From the human T2T-CHM13v2.0 reference genome, Homo sapiens, in assembly GCF_009914755.1 (NCBI RefSeq), contig NC_060925.1: a stretch of DNA of 64,000 nucleotides, one strand, 5' to 3'. Both the position numbers and the translations under genes were made by a program. Below the pieces are notes generated by a model. It did not search any database and was not told the origin of the DNA. It saw only the letters and a list, made by a program, of their open reading frames with translations. Each line of letters begins with the position of its first letter. The stretch's first letter is position 1. Of this stretch, positions 14,061-27,250 are shown in pieces.

Positions 14061-15089
14061 TCCAAAAATTGTTTTCAAACTCTTCCACTAAACCTTCCTA
14101 TTCACCATCACCTGTCATCACCTGGAACTTGCCATTGGTCTAACAATCATAGCCAGCATCTTGAGATTTTTTGTTTTCCATGATGCATATCCATAGGTAA
14201 CAATAATGATTCCCTCTTAAATTGCCATAGGATTTGCTTCTGAATATTGCTGCACTTTATGTGTTCTAGCTTGCATTACAAACACACACACACATACACA
14301 TATAGCATATATGCATACACACACACATATATATATTTATGTAAATTTGTGTTATGTTCTTCATCATTAGCTTTCAAAGTTTTGTTCAAGGGAACCCTAG
14401 GATCTAGTCAGATGCAAGAAGGATTACTATAAGAGCACACAGAGGCCTGGAGAGGACCGATGATAGCATGGCTCTTAACCTCCCATACTCTCCCTCCACC
14501 AAAATAGCTCTTATTTTATTATTATTATTATTTTTAAATAAAGTATCATCTGGAATTCAATTTTATTTTTAATGGCTTTTTAAAATTTGTGGATGTTGTC
14601 TTCCAAGTTTAAGAGGTTTCCTACACGCACCTTCTAGATACCCATACTGACTAGAGATCCGAAACAGAATATCTCAGGATACTCCAAAATCGAATTTCAC
14701 CATGAAAGAACTATCTTCCCCAATATCTTCAGATCAAGCATCCAAGTAGACATGGTGGCCTCTTCCCAAGACTTTTTGATCATGGCACCCATACTACAAG
14801 CCTCTGATTATGACAGCCATTTTTGTCTTTTTCTCTTCTTTACATTGTCATCTCTTCCCCTCTCTCTTCCTCTAAAATTTTCCATTGCTAAAATGATGTT
14901 TTAAAGTTTCTTCTCCCAATCTCTGTTCTCTAAGCAGATCAAGACAGTGAACACAACTCTATGGATTTCAAGCCAGCCTTATCAATAAACTCCAGAAGGG
15001 ATAGTATTTATTCTCCTAGATGATCCCAGATGGGGCAGGATTTTGTCTAAGAAGCATCATTCCAAATCTTCTGATAATTCTTATGTTAA

Positions 15090-15781
15090 TGAAACTGCCT
15101 TCGCAAAATTATGACTGAGACAGTGAAAGAGATTTAACTTGATCGACACTATCTTGCTTCTAACTTACAAGCTGTTCTTGTTTATTCCTCTGCGTAGGCT
15201 GAACTAACTTTGGGAGAAACTCAGTTTATAGTTTAAAGTTTAAAACAAAGATGATAACAGCCCTTTCCCAAAGCAGGCCTTTTTCTTGCCTGGGGACTAG
15301 GTTGCCTTTGCAGGACTAATATTAGCCAAAAGATTAGAAATTATGGTTTAGGAGTCATGCAGCTGGAGGCTACAAGATTCTGACCCTCTCTAAACTACTC
15401 CTAAGGTGAGTGCTTGAGATAGTTTGAAGATCCTGCACTTGATGGATCAGCTGGCACCACCCAGTTGGATTAACTGGCTCGTCTGATCTTGCGGCCCCTA
15501 CCCAGGAACTGACTCAGCACAAGAAGACAGCTTTGACTCTCTATGATTTTGTCTCTGACCAATCAGTGCTCCTGGCTCACTGGCCTCCCCCAACCCATCA
15601 AGTTGTCCTTGAAAACTTTGTTCCCCAAATGCTTGGGGAGACTGATTTGAGTAATAATAAAACTCTGTTCTCCTGCACAGCCAGATCTATGTGAATTACT
15701 CTTTCTCTACTGCAATTCCCCTGTCTTGAGAAATTGGCTCTGTCTAGGCAGCAGGCAAGATGAACCCACTGGGTGGTTACA
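15090..15781 (+). mobile_element. Solo LTR8 (HUERS-P1, ERV1)
   Basis: TGAAACTGCCTTCGCAAAATTATGACTGAGACAGTGAAAGAG start, ...GGGTGGTTACA end, TSD TTAA (15086-15089 / 15782-15785). Confidence 0.92.
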
Positions 15782-15905
15782 TTAACTCTTGTTTTTTCCA
15801 TAGTTGACTGTACTTTCTCTGGATTCATAAATGCTTCAGAACAACTACTAACTCAACAAATGATTGAAGTTTAACTACAAAGACAAAAGTCACAAGAAGT
15901 CCTGA

Positions 15906-16449
15906 TGGAAGTGCTCAGAAAACAATACCCCACAGTATGGAGCTTTGGCACTTTGAACTAAAGAAAATTAAAGGCCTTAGAAGCAGCTTTAGAACCAGGA
16001 CTTTCTGACCTGTTTCTCCCCACAAGCATAGGGTGGAACTCTCTCTCTCTCATTGAAGTTTTCATATCTGAAGCTCCTCCATTAGGAACATTGCCTTTAC
16101 TTCCCTCCCTGAAATTTCATTAGCCAGAGAAGATTGAACTTACATCACAGGAAGACAGAGGAATGTCACCACGCCTAGATAGACTTTGTCACAAGCTATT
16201 GTCTGTTCCTTGGGCCCATTCAACTCTCCTAAAAATCATTTCCTACACTTCAAAATTGCCTCATGTCCCCCTTCCCTGAGGAAGAAAGTTGTATAAGAAT
16301 CTGAAGTTCATTGGATTATTAGGTAAACACTCCCTGTGATTCCCCCATACAGGTAATAAACTTGCCTTTTTCTTTTATTAATCTATTGTCAGTTTATTTC
16401 AGCAGACTCAAACCTTCATACGGAGATGGAAAATTCCCTTTGCTCCAGT
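15906..16449 (+). mobile_element. Solo MER39-like ERV1 LTR
   Basis: GCTCAGAAAACAATACCCC...GCTTTGGCACTTTGAACTAAAG start, GTATAAGAA and AATAAA signals. Ends approximate. Confidence 0.65.
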
Positions 16450-16967
16450 GGTAGCCATGCCCAATGAGTCTGAGACTTTAGCAGATGAAAGTGATATAGC
16501 TATCTTAGAGGACAGAACAAAGCAACAATTTCTCTGTTGACTAAGCGGAAAGCACGTAGGAGATATTGAAACGCTAAACATTTCTACTGTAGTCCTAGCA
16601 TTATGTTGACCCCCTGCGATGGTTTCCTTACCACCCTTTTTTGTAAAGGATCTTAGCCCCTGCAGCAGCTCCTCCTCGCCCTTCGTACTAAACCCAAACA
16701 GCTCAAACCAACAGTTGCTAAACTATAAGAGTAATTTCTCCCTGTTTCAAGAACCATTTTGAGCAACTGTTCCTGAAATTAGCTGAACTTCAGCTTATCT
16801 CTCTGGCTAAGGTTCTGTAAAAACTCCCCCTTTTCTTCCCAAGGTAGACTCAGCTTTAGGGATCTTCTCATGCTACAGCATTCCAAATAAAAGCCTGGGT
16901 TTAATGTGCCTGGTTGATTTTCTTACATGTTATCTTTTTCAAATCACATAGAAAGTTACTGGCCGAG

Positions 16968-17255
16968 GGCCACATGTGGTGGCTGATACCTATAATCCCA
17001 GCACTTTGGGAGGCTGAGGTGGGTGGATCGCCTGAGCTCAGGAGTTCAAGACCATAGAAGCCTGGGCAGCATGGCGAAACCCCATTTCTACCAAAAATAT
17101 GAAAAAGTAGCCAGGCATAATGGCACACATGTGTGGTCCCGCTGCTTGGGAGGCCGAGGTGGGAGGATCGCTTGAGCTCGGAAGGCAGAGATTGCAGTGA
17201 GCTGAAATCCCACCACTGCACTCCAGCATGGGTGACAAAGCAAGACTCTGTCTCA

Positions 17256-17295
<40 letters not shown>
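16968..17295 (+). mobile_element. AluJ with a 39-nt pure A tail
   Basis: J-type diagnostics (GGGAGGATCGCTTGAGC); TSD approximately AGAA.G..ACTGGC.GAG. Confidence 0.92.
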
Positions 17296-17297
<2 letters not shown>

Positions 17298-17453
17298 AGG
17301 AACTGGCAGAGTCCCAACTGACAGGTATATTTTCTGTTGACCAAAATACGGTTCTTACTGATATTTGATACTGACTCATAGTCACAACTGCCATATGAAA
17401 AGAGAGAGATCATTTTTTTTTCCTGGCAATATGTGATGGTGGAAGATACTTAG

Positions 17454-17826
17454 TGTGGTGTCCTGATAAGATAAGTAAGCAACAATGAGGAGGGAACCCC
17501 AGGGAGGGAGGACCATTGTTCCGAGAGAACAGCTAATCACAGACAACCTGTTGGCAGGACATCCTGTTCCCAAATGCCTTGCTTGGCAAGTAGGCCCAGC
17601 AGCAGGACCTCATTCTGCAGGTGGCCCCCTCCAGCATGATCCTATAAAACTTCCCTCCAGCCCCCGCCTCTTGGCGGACAGACTTCTCTCTGCTGCACTG
17701 CCCATTGCTTTCTTGCAATCTTTGTACTTTCCCTAATAAATCTGCCTTTCCTTACCCATGACTGTCTGTCTTGGTAAATTCTTTTACCTCCCACGACACC
17801 AGCCACAGCCAGTTGCACTCACAGCA
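17454..17826 (+). mobile_element. Solo ERVL-class LTR (LTR47-like)
   Basis: TG...CA termini with 5-bp TSD CTTAG (17449-17453 / 17827-17831), CCTATAAAA at 17641 and AATAAA at ~17735. Confidence 0.7.
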
Positions 17827-18686
17827 CTTAGGAAAATAAAAAAAATCAAGGCTGACACTCTGGATACCAATATGTAATGAAGTGTTCTTCTTACAAGAGC
17901 TTATGAGATAAATAGAAACGTAACAACAATTTTTATTAAGCAAGATATAAAAACTTCACCATAGGCTGATCCTGTTTTCATTCATGGAAGATAAATACTA
18001 TCCCTCACTTAAGAGCTTTTTGTGTAGGAATTCTTCTTCCTTATTTTTTCACGAATAAAGATAGGGATGTCCTTAGCATCCAAAATCAGTCAAAAAAAAA
18101 TTGACATTTCATGTCCTGGTTAGACTACTCTGGCAGCTTGCTGGAATGGTCACTTGCTTCTCCCAACTGGATCTCAAGTCCAGACCCCTTTGTTGTCGGC
18201 CCCCCTCCTGGCCACCCCCACCACAATCACTTAATAAGAAATACCAGCTGTAGAGCTCAGAACTGCTATGACAATTAAAGCTTCCCACCTTCATGAAAAC
18301 TGTTGAAAATGGGGCAGAACAAAAAGTAGTGTGACAGAATTTCTCTATACTGTCTGATGCATTGCTTCCAATGTAGGGAGACCTTTAATTGGTTCTCTGG
18401 CTTTTGGTTCCATCCTATTGTAAACAAAGAATCAAAGTATAGTAAGGTTCAAAGAAGTAGGGAGTGCTGAATTTGGCAGATGGCACAAGACATGGTTAGA
18501 AAGAAAGCATCTTCAGAGGAGATGAGAATGATGCTGAGCCTTGGCAAATTGCAAGGAATGCGTAGTTAAGCAGAGCAACTTTTCACAGTCAGATTTAGAG
18601 TATAACTAACTCTGGAATGACGAGACACACAAAAAGATAAATGCTATTTATCACCACTGCTCACAATGAGGAATCAGTAAGCAGCC

Positions 18687-19077
18687 ATAACAGATGCTGC
18701 GCTGCCCAGATCCCCTCCTTAGGACTGAGGTGCTCACTTGCCAGCTGCAAAGACTCGTGCCTGAGTCTCTCTCCAGGCAATGTTCTCAGGTCAAAAGGCA
18801 GCTGCCCTGCTGGAGGTTATAGCTCCATCCAGCGGCATGCAGAATCCATTGATTAGCAGATGTGGGCATATGAAGACAATGTCTTGGCTCAAATTAGAAC
18901 GGTTCTAAAATTGCTGCGACCCTGGCTAGAATTACATTGCAGGTGAGCTTCTTCCTCCATCCAGTCCTGTTTCTCTCACTCCATTACAGTTGTGATTCCC
19001 AAGAGCACTTCACAATAAACCTCCAGCACACAGTCTCCTTCTCTGAGTCTCTTTCTAGGAAAGCCTGACCTAAGACA
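18687..19077 (+). mobile_element. LTR16-family ERVL LTR
   Basis: GCCCAGATCCCCTCCTTAGGACTGAGG near the start; AATAAACCTCC...GACCTAAGACA end. Confidence 0.7.
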
Positions 19078-19509
19078 ACAGCCTCCCTATGGCAAAAATG
19101 TCCAAATTAATAGCTTCTTTATATAGGGGGCAAAACCACCAGCAACCAAAACTTTTATTTAAAAAAATGACAATTGTATGACTAATCAGCGTACATTTAA
19201 CTTCAGGATTGAAAATGTTGCATCCTGAGCTTAATTTCCTTGATTTTACTTTGAACACTCTTTGAGTTGTGTTTCTATTTTTAGACCACAGAATTTAAGA
19301 TAAATGTGCATAATTTAGAGAGGTTTCAAAGAAAGGCAAGTCAAGTGATTAAATAATGAGAATAAAATTAGTATAAAAAGTGCCAGGAACATTTGGTCTT
19401 TTGAAAGGAAGGGCAAGGGGGCCATTTTAATAACAGCCTTCACATACATGCCTACTTATTCAGATAGACGGTTGTGAGGTCAAGCTGGAGGGGCAGATAG
19501 GGATCCGAT

Positions 19510-20271
19510 CACTATAGACCCAGATTCCTGCGGTAGCTTCCTACATTATCTCCCAGCTTTCACCCTCCTGGCAACATCCAGAGTGATCCTTGAGAAACCA
19601 TAACAAATCACATCACTCTTCACCTCCAATCCACCTCTTCACTCTCCATCAGTCCTTCTTATGAACTACACACACTCTGTGATCAAGCCCTGGCTGCCTC
19701 TAGGGTTTGTCTCCTCCCATTCACCACTACAAAACTTCTTCCTCGAAGGTGTCCAGCAGGCCAAGCCACGCTGGACTCAGGGATCTCCCCACGGCTGTGT
19801 TCTTCCCATAGTACCACAAACCCTCCACTCCATTCACTTATCTGCTCAATGGCACCTCCTGTGAAAGGATTTAAAGTAGCCCTCCTCGTGATGTTTTATT
19901 CCCTTACTTTGCTTTACAAGCCATCAGAGCATTTATTACTTCTTGATATTCTAATTCTAATACGCTAACGTTATATTTTCTATATATACCATTAAATATG
20001 GAGAGAATGGATAGATATAGATTTAGATAGCTGATACAGGTAAATATAGACAGAGGTAAAAATATAGATAGAGACTCTTTCATTTAGTCCTACGTGCCCA
20101 TCAAAATGTAAGCTCCGTAAGGGTAGGATCTTTGTCTCTTAGTTAACTCCTCTATGGTGGAGGAGATGTGAGACAACCAGAAATTTCTGTCTAAAAAAAA
20201 AAATCACACACTCGATCACACACTCGATAGGTGTTCAATCAATATTTGGTGACTGAATGAATGGATGAATG
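19510..20271 (+). mobile_element. L2a 3' end
   Basis: AATGTAAGCTCCGTAAGGGTAGGATCTTTGTC and terminal AATATTTGGTGACTGAATGAATGGATGAATG. Confidence 0.7.
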
Positions 20272-20700
20272 TGATCCCTTTAAATCTGTATCCTCACTAT
20301 ACAAACTTCCTTAAATATCTATTAGGTAATTTAGCTAAACTTTTCTTACTCGCTCCAGTGTGGTGTGTGTTTGTCTTTTCTTCCTCCTTGACCTATAACT
20401 ATTGACAGTTATACAATATGGTGGTTCCACAGCCACCAGCCTCCTTTTCCTATTCTCTAGAAAGAACGAGGATGAGCTATAAAATTCATCTAACCCTATC
20501 ATCTTTTTAAGGGGTATAATATTAAGTGGAAATTCTTTACAAATTTAAAGTTATATTCAATTTGTAAATAAGAATAATTATTATTGCCTGTAACTTTTGA
20601 ACTTGGCCCATCTCGTTTCTGCCTTCTTGAAATTCGGTATTTTTTATTAGAGCTTTCAGAGTCAGCTTTTGATTTTATTGATCTTTTTTGTTTTGTTTTT

Positions 20701-20789
20701 ATTTATGTTCTTGTCTTTTTAACTTACATTGTGTGTGTATTCTTATTTATGTTCTTGTCTTTTTAACTTAGATTTTTGTATGTATTCTT
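20701..20789. repeat. Tandem duplication of a 44-45 bp unit
   Basis: ATTTATGTTCTTGTCTTTTTAACTTA...GTATTCTT occurs twice head to tail. Confidence 0.85.
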
Positions 20790-20999
20790 TTCTTTATTTC
20801 TACCTCCTACAATGGAATACCCAGTTATTTTTTATATATATGATATATATATGGCATATATATGACATATATGTATGTCTTTCTTACTTATATTTTTAAG
20901 TCTTTACTTCTAACTTCTAGAATGGAATATATATAAACCAAATATTTGAAGCAGCCTGTGTATTATGGATAAATATTTCTCTTGGATAGACACCAGTAA

Positions 21000-21003
<4 letters not shown>

Positions 21004-21057
<54 letters not shown>

Positions 21058-21069
21058 CACACACACACG
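21004..21069. repeat. Compound (TA)n(CA)n microsatellite
   Basis: About 20 TA units followed by a CA run. Confidence 0.95.
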
Positions 21070-21099
21070 ATTAAAATTCTCTTGTTTTTAATACATGTG

Positions 21100-22255
21100 G
21101 GTATGACTATGCATTCTTCTGTAAATACTACTTTATCTCATAAATGTTAATGAATAAGAAGTTTATTGTTTTGGCTTTAAGTTCATTTTGATATCCACTC
21201 TAATTCATTAATTCTTCAGTCACATATTGTTTTAAAATACATAAGGTGTTATTGTTTTTAATTTTGGTATGTATTTTAATCGTGGTGAGAGACTATTATC
21301 TGCGTTATATCATGTATTTGACATTAGCTGAGACTTCCTCAGTGACCATCAATATAATCAATTTTGAAAATGTCCAAAAAAAAAAAAAGGGGGGGTTCCC
21401 TCTCTTGGCTTTGGAGCCCCCCTCCCTCTGTCTCTGTTCAGGGGGGAGCGTCTTCCTTCTTTCTTCCCCCTTCTACCTTGCCCATTAAACTCTCTGCTCC
21501 TTAAAACCAAAAAAAAAAAAAAAAAAGGAAATAAAATGTCTTCTGGTTTCTTGAAAAGAAAATATCTGCATTTACATTGTGCAGTGTTCTGTGTATTTTT
21601 AAGTTTTTTAATTATATTGTTCAATTCTATTACACACTTAATATTTTGTATTTGCTTGATCAGTTTCCAGTAGACTAATATTAAAATCAATATTATAATA
21701 GTAAGTACATCCTCAAGATCCTAAAGGATTATTTATTTTTAAAAATGTTTTATTTAGATAGTCCTTACTATGTTCCAGACATTCTTAGCACTTTGCACAT
21801 ATTAACTCACACAACGTCACAATTGTTGCATTTTCTTGGAGGATTTTTCCAATTGTTATTAAATACTTTCCCTATCACTTTGGATTAAAATTGTTGGAGT
21901 TTTTAAATAAGAGGCTTATAACATATAATTATTGTCTTAGCCATGATGCCTTTTTACAGGTAGTTTTTAGCAGTAGTAGTTTTAGTGTGAAAGTCTGGAT
22001 ATTTCAGTCTCTTTTACCTTGCCCTCATTCTTTTTTTTCCCCCTCATTCTTAAAGCATATTTTACCAGTGCATAGATTTCTAAATTAGATATCTATTGTC
22101 TTTTGACGTCAAATCTACTATTACTGTCATTGCTGTGGCTTTGCAGACAACCTTTTTTTAGGTAGTTTTTAAGAAACTTTTTTCTTTATCCTTGATACTG
22201 TGAGATTTCACTGCATTGTGTCTAGGCGTGGGTTTATTTTAGTTACCTTGCACGA
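21100..22255 (-). mobile_element. Old L1 (L1M/L1ME) antisense fragments
   Basis: Antisense L1 endonuclease-region-like text (TTTTGAAAATGTC...TTGAAAAGAAAATATCTGCA). Highly diverged; limits approximate. Confidence 0.5.
21376..21526 (+). mobile_element. Retroposed polyadenylated LTR9-family R-region fragment
   Basis: A13 G7, ~113 nt of LTR-like sequence with ATTAAA at 21484, an A18 tail, and TSD AAAATGTC (21367-21374 / 21533-21540). Confidence 0.75.
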
Positions 22256-22259
22256 TGCT

Positions 22260-22582
22260 TGTATTAGTGAGCTATTGTTATGTAAAAACTCAAACTCCAA
22301 ACTCAACAGTTTAAAACACCGTCGTTCATTCATTCATGCGCATACATTCACAGGAAGTTTGGGGATCATCTGACCCAGTCAGGATTTGGCAAGGCATACC
22401 ACGAAGCTGTAGCTTGGGGTCAGGAGTAACATTTCACATCTTTCCACCTATGGACAAACCCAGACACATGGCCAATGCCAAAGTCCAGAGGTAGGAAAGT
22501 ACACTCTCCCTCTAAGCAGAGAAACTACAAAGTCTGACAATAGGCAGGTTACAATACGGGGGGCAAGAATTCATTCTGCCAT
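22260..22582 (-). mobile_element. MLT1-type MaLR LTR (old)
   Basis: TGTATTAGTGAGCTATTGTTATGTAAAAAC...AAACTCAACAGTTTAAAACA matches the typical MLT1 antisense end. Confidence 0.55.
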
Positions 22583-22639
22583 ACTCTTTGATTTCAGTCT
22601 GAAAACATATATATCTACTCATTATCAAAAAACATTTAG

Positions 22640-22858
<219 letters not shown>

Positions 22859-24499
22859 CATCCTTTTGAATATTGTTTCAAACTATTCCCTCTATTTTCA
22901 GCTTTTGTAGCTTCTTTTAGATGTATATTTCAGACTATCAAAATGTCCTCAATGTCTCTATTTTATTTTTAATAATTGTTCTATTGATTTTGCATCCTTT
23001 CTATACCTGACAAGACAATGAAATTCTGCTAAAGATTTTCTTTTGCCTTTTTGGACTTCCTAAAATTTACATTTTATTTAAATTACGTAAATAATAAATA
23101 ATATAATAACATATTTATTTTACAGAAATCTTATGATATATACAATTAAGTCTCCATCAAATTTTTCCTAGCTCTACACTGACCTCTAAAAGTTAAATAC
23201 CCACTCCAAAGATAATCACTCTTATGTATTCAGCATATATTCTTTCTGATCTATCTGCTGGAATATATGTGTGTGTGTGTGTATATATATATATATTTAT
23301 TTATATACACACACGAACATAGAGGAATATGCATTTGTTTATGAGAACCTTTTTTTTCACATATGTGGCTATAATTTTCATGTTTTTAGGAGACGTTTAG
23401 GTTTTGTGGAGAGTGAAGAAAAATTTGGTCTAAAGGCTTGACGAAGCCCCATGCAAGTGAAGGGCTCTCTGCATTTTACACGTCATTTCCTTTGTGGTAA
23501 ATCTGCTCTTCTGTATTTCTGTAAATGTATCTTCTGCACTTTGTTTTTTCACTAAAAAATTTACATTGGCTATCTTTCCATTCCTAAAACAAAAATCTAG
23601 CCAACATAACTCATTTCAAATATTGCATATAAGTGGTTTTATCGGTATTAAATCATCATATTATAGCTCTTAACCAAATGTTTGAAGCAGCCTCTGGGTT
23701 ATGGATAAGTAGTTCTCTGGGATAAACAGCAACGAGGCCAATGCTTTTATGAAAGATATATATTTGTAACTGGAATATATACTGTGAAATTGTTCTCAAA
23801 AAAGCTGTTCTATTTTATACACTTGCCAATAATTGATATTATTAATCATTTTGCCTAGCTTTAAAGCATTGTACTAACTGGTACCTCTTAATGCTTTGAA
23901 GTCTATATTGATAAATTTAATTTAAAAGTGTGTTTTTCTTTGATAACATAAAGGAAACTGGAGAGGTGAGATGGAGAATAAAAATAAGACATATATTATT
24001 TAATGAACTTTAAAAACAAAACCCTAAATGAGATAAGTCCCATTTCACTACTTCAAAAAAATATATAATGCAAAGGGAATACTTATACATACACTTGGGA
24101 ATACTCTGGAATTATCTATGAATGCTGATGATACACATAAACCTAGTCTGCCCACAGTCTCAAGTCATTTGTAGTCCTAACATTCCACCTCATTTGGTAC
24201 TTGCCCCAGTATTTTTTTCATTTTTAACAATAATTTTTATTAATTGTTGCACTTAAATAATCCAGATGGACTGGAGAAAACTCCACTTTGTATTTTCAGC
24301 TTCTCATATGCTCTTTTCCACCAGTATATGAGACACATTAGCAGAAAACAAAATTCTTATGTGAACACATGCTGAAATCTGAAAAAAAATAATAAGTGAG
24401 AACTAATCTCTAGTTCTCAACTCTTTCCAGATACACTATAGCTAATACCTCACTTTCAGTAACAGTATAAAGTGAATTCACTGATAATAACCAGTGCAG

Positions 24500-27250
24500 C
24501 TAAGTCCTTCTGGTCTAGGGCAGTGGTCGGAGTGGTGTTTAATATCGGTGCCCTTGCAGCCACTTTGCTTACCAGCTAGTTCTCCCTGAACCAGTACTGC
24601 AACCTGCAAGAGTCAAAAGCTTATAGGCAACCCATTGGTGAGGTCAGTGGGAAATGCAGGGAATGATAGTTAAGATAGAAGTGACACGTGTGGGAAATAG
24701 AGACTGGGACATCCCGCCATAGAGTTCTAAAAACAATTTCAATATTCTCGCTACAGTTCTTTTAGTATTTATCATATGCCGTATATCTTCAACTATTTAT
24801 TTTACGTATTTGATTGCTTGATATGTGGGACCAACCCCTTTCAAGAGAAATGACTCAATGTCAAAAGTTACGTATGAGCTGAGAGTAATATAAATAAAAC
24901 ATTAAGTCTGAAATTTCCATTTCATAGAACGTTTAGAGAAACTTTTTAAAAATATTTATGAATACTTACAATCTTCCTATGTGCTATAGTAACATTGCTG
25001 TCCACATTAAAAAAACAATATGACATAACTCTGTTGAAGGAAACTCAACATCCACTTTAAAGTTAGTACATTTAACAAGGCTGCCCTCAAAATGATTATT
25101 TAACACATAAAAATAAAGAAGATGCATTTACATGTAAACCATGTAAGTCTGTGAAGCTTGAATTTTTCATTTAGATCAAACGACTATTTCTTAAATAAAT
25201 TCTGCTTGCGTCCATGTTCTATTGTGAATTATTAAAAAGTGAAGTAATAACTGTTAAGGTATTAACTTCATTGGTAGAAAAACTTTATAGTTAAAAGATT
25301 GCTGGTTTTATCAATTTCATCAAATGCTTTGAATACAAATTGGTTAAGTTTATTCCAATAACATTGTTTTTACATTTTTAAAATTTTCATTCATGAAGTA
25401 GAGGAAAGATAAAATTATTTAGGAGTTCATTCTGACAAAGGTGAAACATCCAACTTTACAATAAATATTTTCATAAGTTTATCAAAAAGTTTAACACTGA
25501 ATAATAGTAAAATTACTCATTTTGTGGTAATAATAAAAATATAAATTTTGATGGAATACAGCATCACGGTAAACACGATTTTCTTGCTAATTCAACAAAC
25601 CTGGGAAGCAGAAATGTACTTGGATTTGCAATGCATACAAAATTCATAATTGCATGTAAGCAAGTTATAATATCCCAATGGCTAAATAGAAACTCTGTTT
25701 GTCTTTTTTTTTTTTTTATCACACACACAATTTGAGTAACTAAACTACAACATTTTTATGATAAAGTTGATGTTGGAAACAAACCAAAAAATCATTTTTC
25801 AGCATGGCAATGTGCTCCACTCATTGGATTTTACAAATGTCTGAACATGTGAAGAATTATTTCATAAATCAACTTAAACATGTGACAATTGTATTGAGCT
25901 TTTTTTTTGGTATGTGGGTACTCTAAAGATGAGTATCCTTTGTTTTTGCAAAACCAGTAAAAATATTTAATAAATTTTTTCTATAAATGTAGTACCAAAA
26001 TGTTTGAAGTTTCTACTGAACCATTGAAAACAAAATACGTAAGCAGAAATATATGACAAAGTCAAGAGAGAAACTGAACAGATTAAACAAAGGACATGCA
26101 ACGTGTTATATGATTTCATTTCTCAATTTTATAATCCCTTTCTATAATATCTTGACTTGCAGAGAAAATTTTTGTTGGAGTTTCTATGTTTAATAAAATA
26201 AATGGATATATTTACTAGAATGAAATGAAATTAGGAAGGCCTATGATTTTGCAGCATAAACGAAGCAATTTATTTTAATTGCTTTTTCCTAATTAAACTA
26301 AGAAAGGTATACATAGAAGGACAATATCTGTAAAAATATTTAGCATACAGTATTAAAAATTTTCAATACACAATATTCTCCAGAGAGCAAAAGTTTCTCT
26401 GAGTGTAGAATTTATATCAATATCTGTGAAGATAATATTTTTCTCAATTATAGATGAGTCAAAAATTTTGAAATTTATTAACCCACAAGATCAAATTTCA
26501 AACTTAAAACAATTTTATGAAAAAAAGTCCAAAAATAGTAAGACCAAGTTGAAAAAAATACATTTAATACACAAATGGTGATGACTCAATTGATTAGTAT
26601 AAGTTAATATCTCTAATACTTGATTAACTATTTCATTTATCATAAGCCCATTTAAATGAGTGGACTTTGTCCTAATTGTCTTCAGTGTAGACAAATGTTA
26701 TTATATTTTAGACATAATTTGATCTCTGAAAACACTTTTAGGATAAGACTATTGAGTTGGCAAGCCAATATATTAATAATCAATTTATCAGTCAATATCT
26801 TAATTCAAGCTACTATAACAGAGTACCATAGACTGGGTGGTTTATAAATAACAGATATTTATTTCTCACAGTTTTGGAGGCTGAAATTCCAAGATCAGGA
26901 TATAGCATGGTTGGGTTCTAGTGAAGGCCTCTTCACTCAGAAGACTACTGTCTTTTTGCTGTATCCTTACATGGTAGAAAGAAGTCAAGAGAGCTCTCTG
27001 AGTTCCTTTTTATAAGGGCATTAATCCCATTCATGAGAATTCCACCCTCATGACCTAAAAACTCCCCTATTCCCCACCTTCTAATAGCACCCCACTGGGG
27101 TTTAGGATTTCAACATGTGAATTTTGGAGTCACAGACATTCACTCCAAATAAGTTAGTAAATACCAGTTTGATTTACATAATGTCAAGTATTTGATAACG
27201 CCCTTTAACTCTCAAAATGTCCCTATGTGTACAATAACTTACATGGTAAA
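24500..27250 (+). mobile_element. hAT-Blackjack DNA transposon fossil with transposase remnants (5' boundary uncertain)
   Basis: Translated fragments LGVHSDKGETSNFTIN (25419), FCGNNKNINFDGIQHHGK...SRNVLG (25520) and AYKIHNCM resemble the hAT transposase core. The end CGCCCTTTAACTCTCAAAATGTCCC...TTACATGGTAA resembles the MER81/Blackjack terminus. Confidence 0.65.
26796..27151 (-). mobile_element. MLT1A-type MaLR LTR nested in the hAT element
   Basis: GCTACTATAACAGAGTACCATAGACTGGGTGG...TAATCCCATTCATGAG...GATTTCAACATGTGAATTTTGG. Confidence 0.85.
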
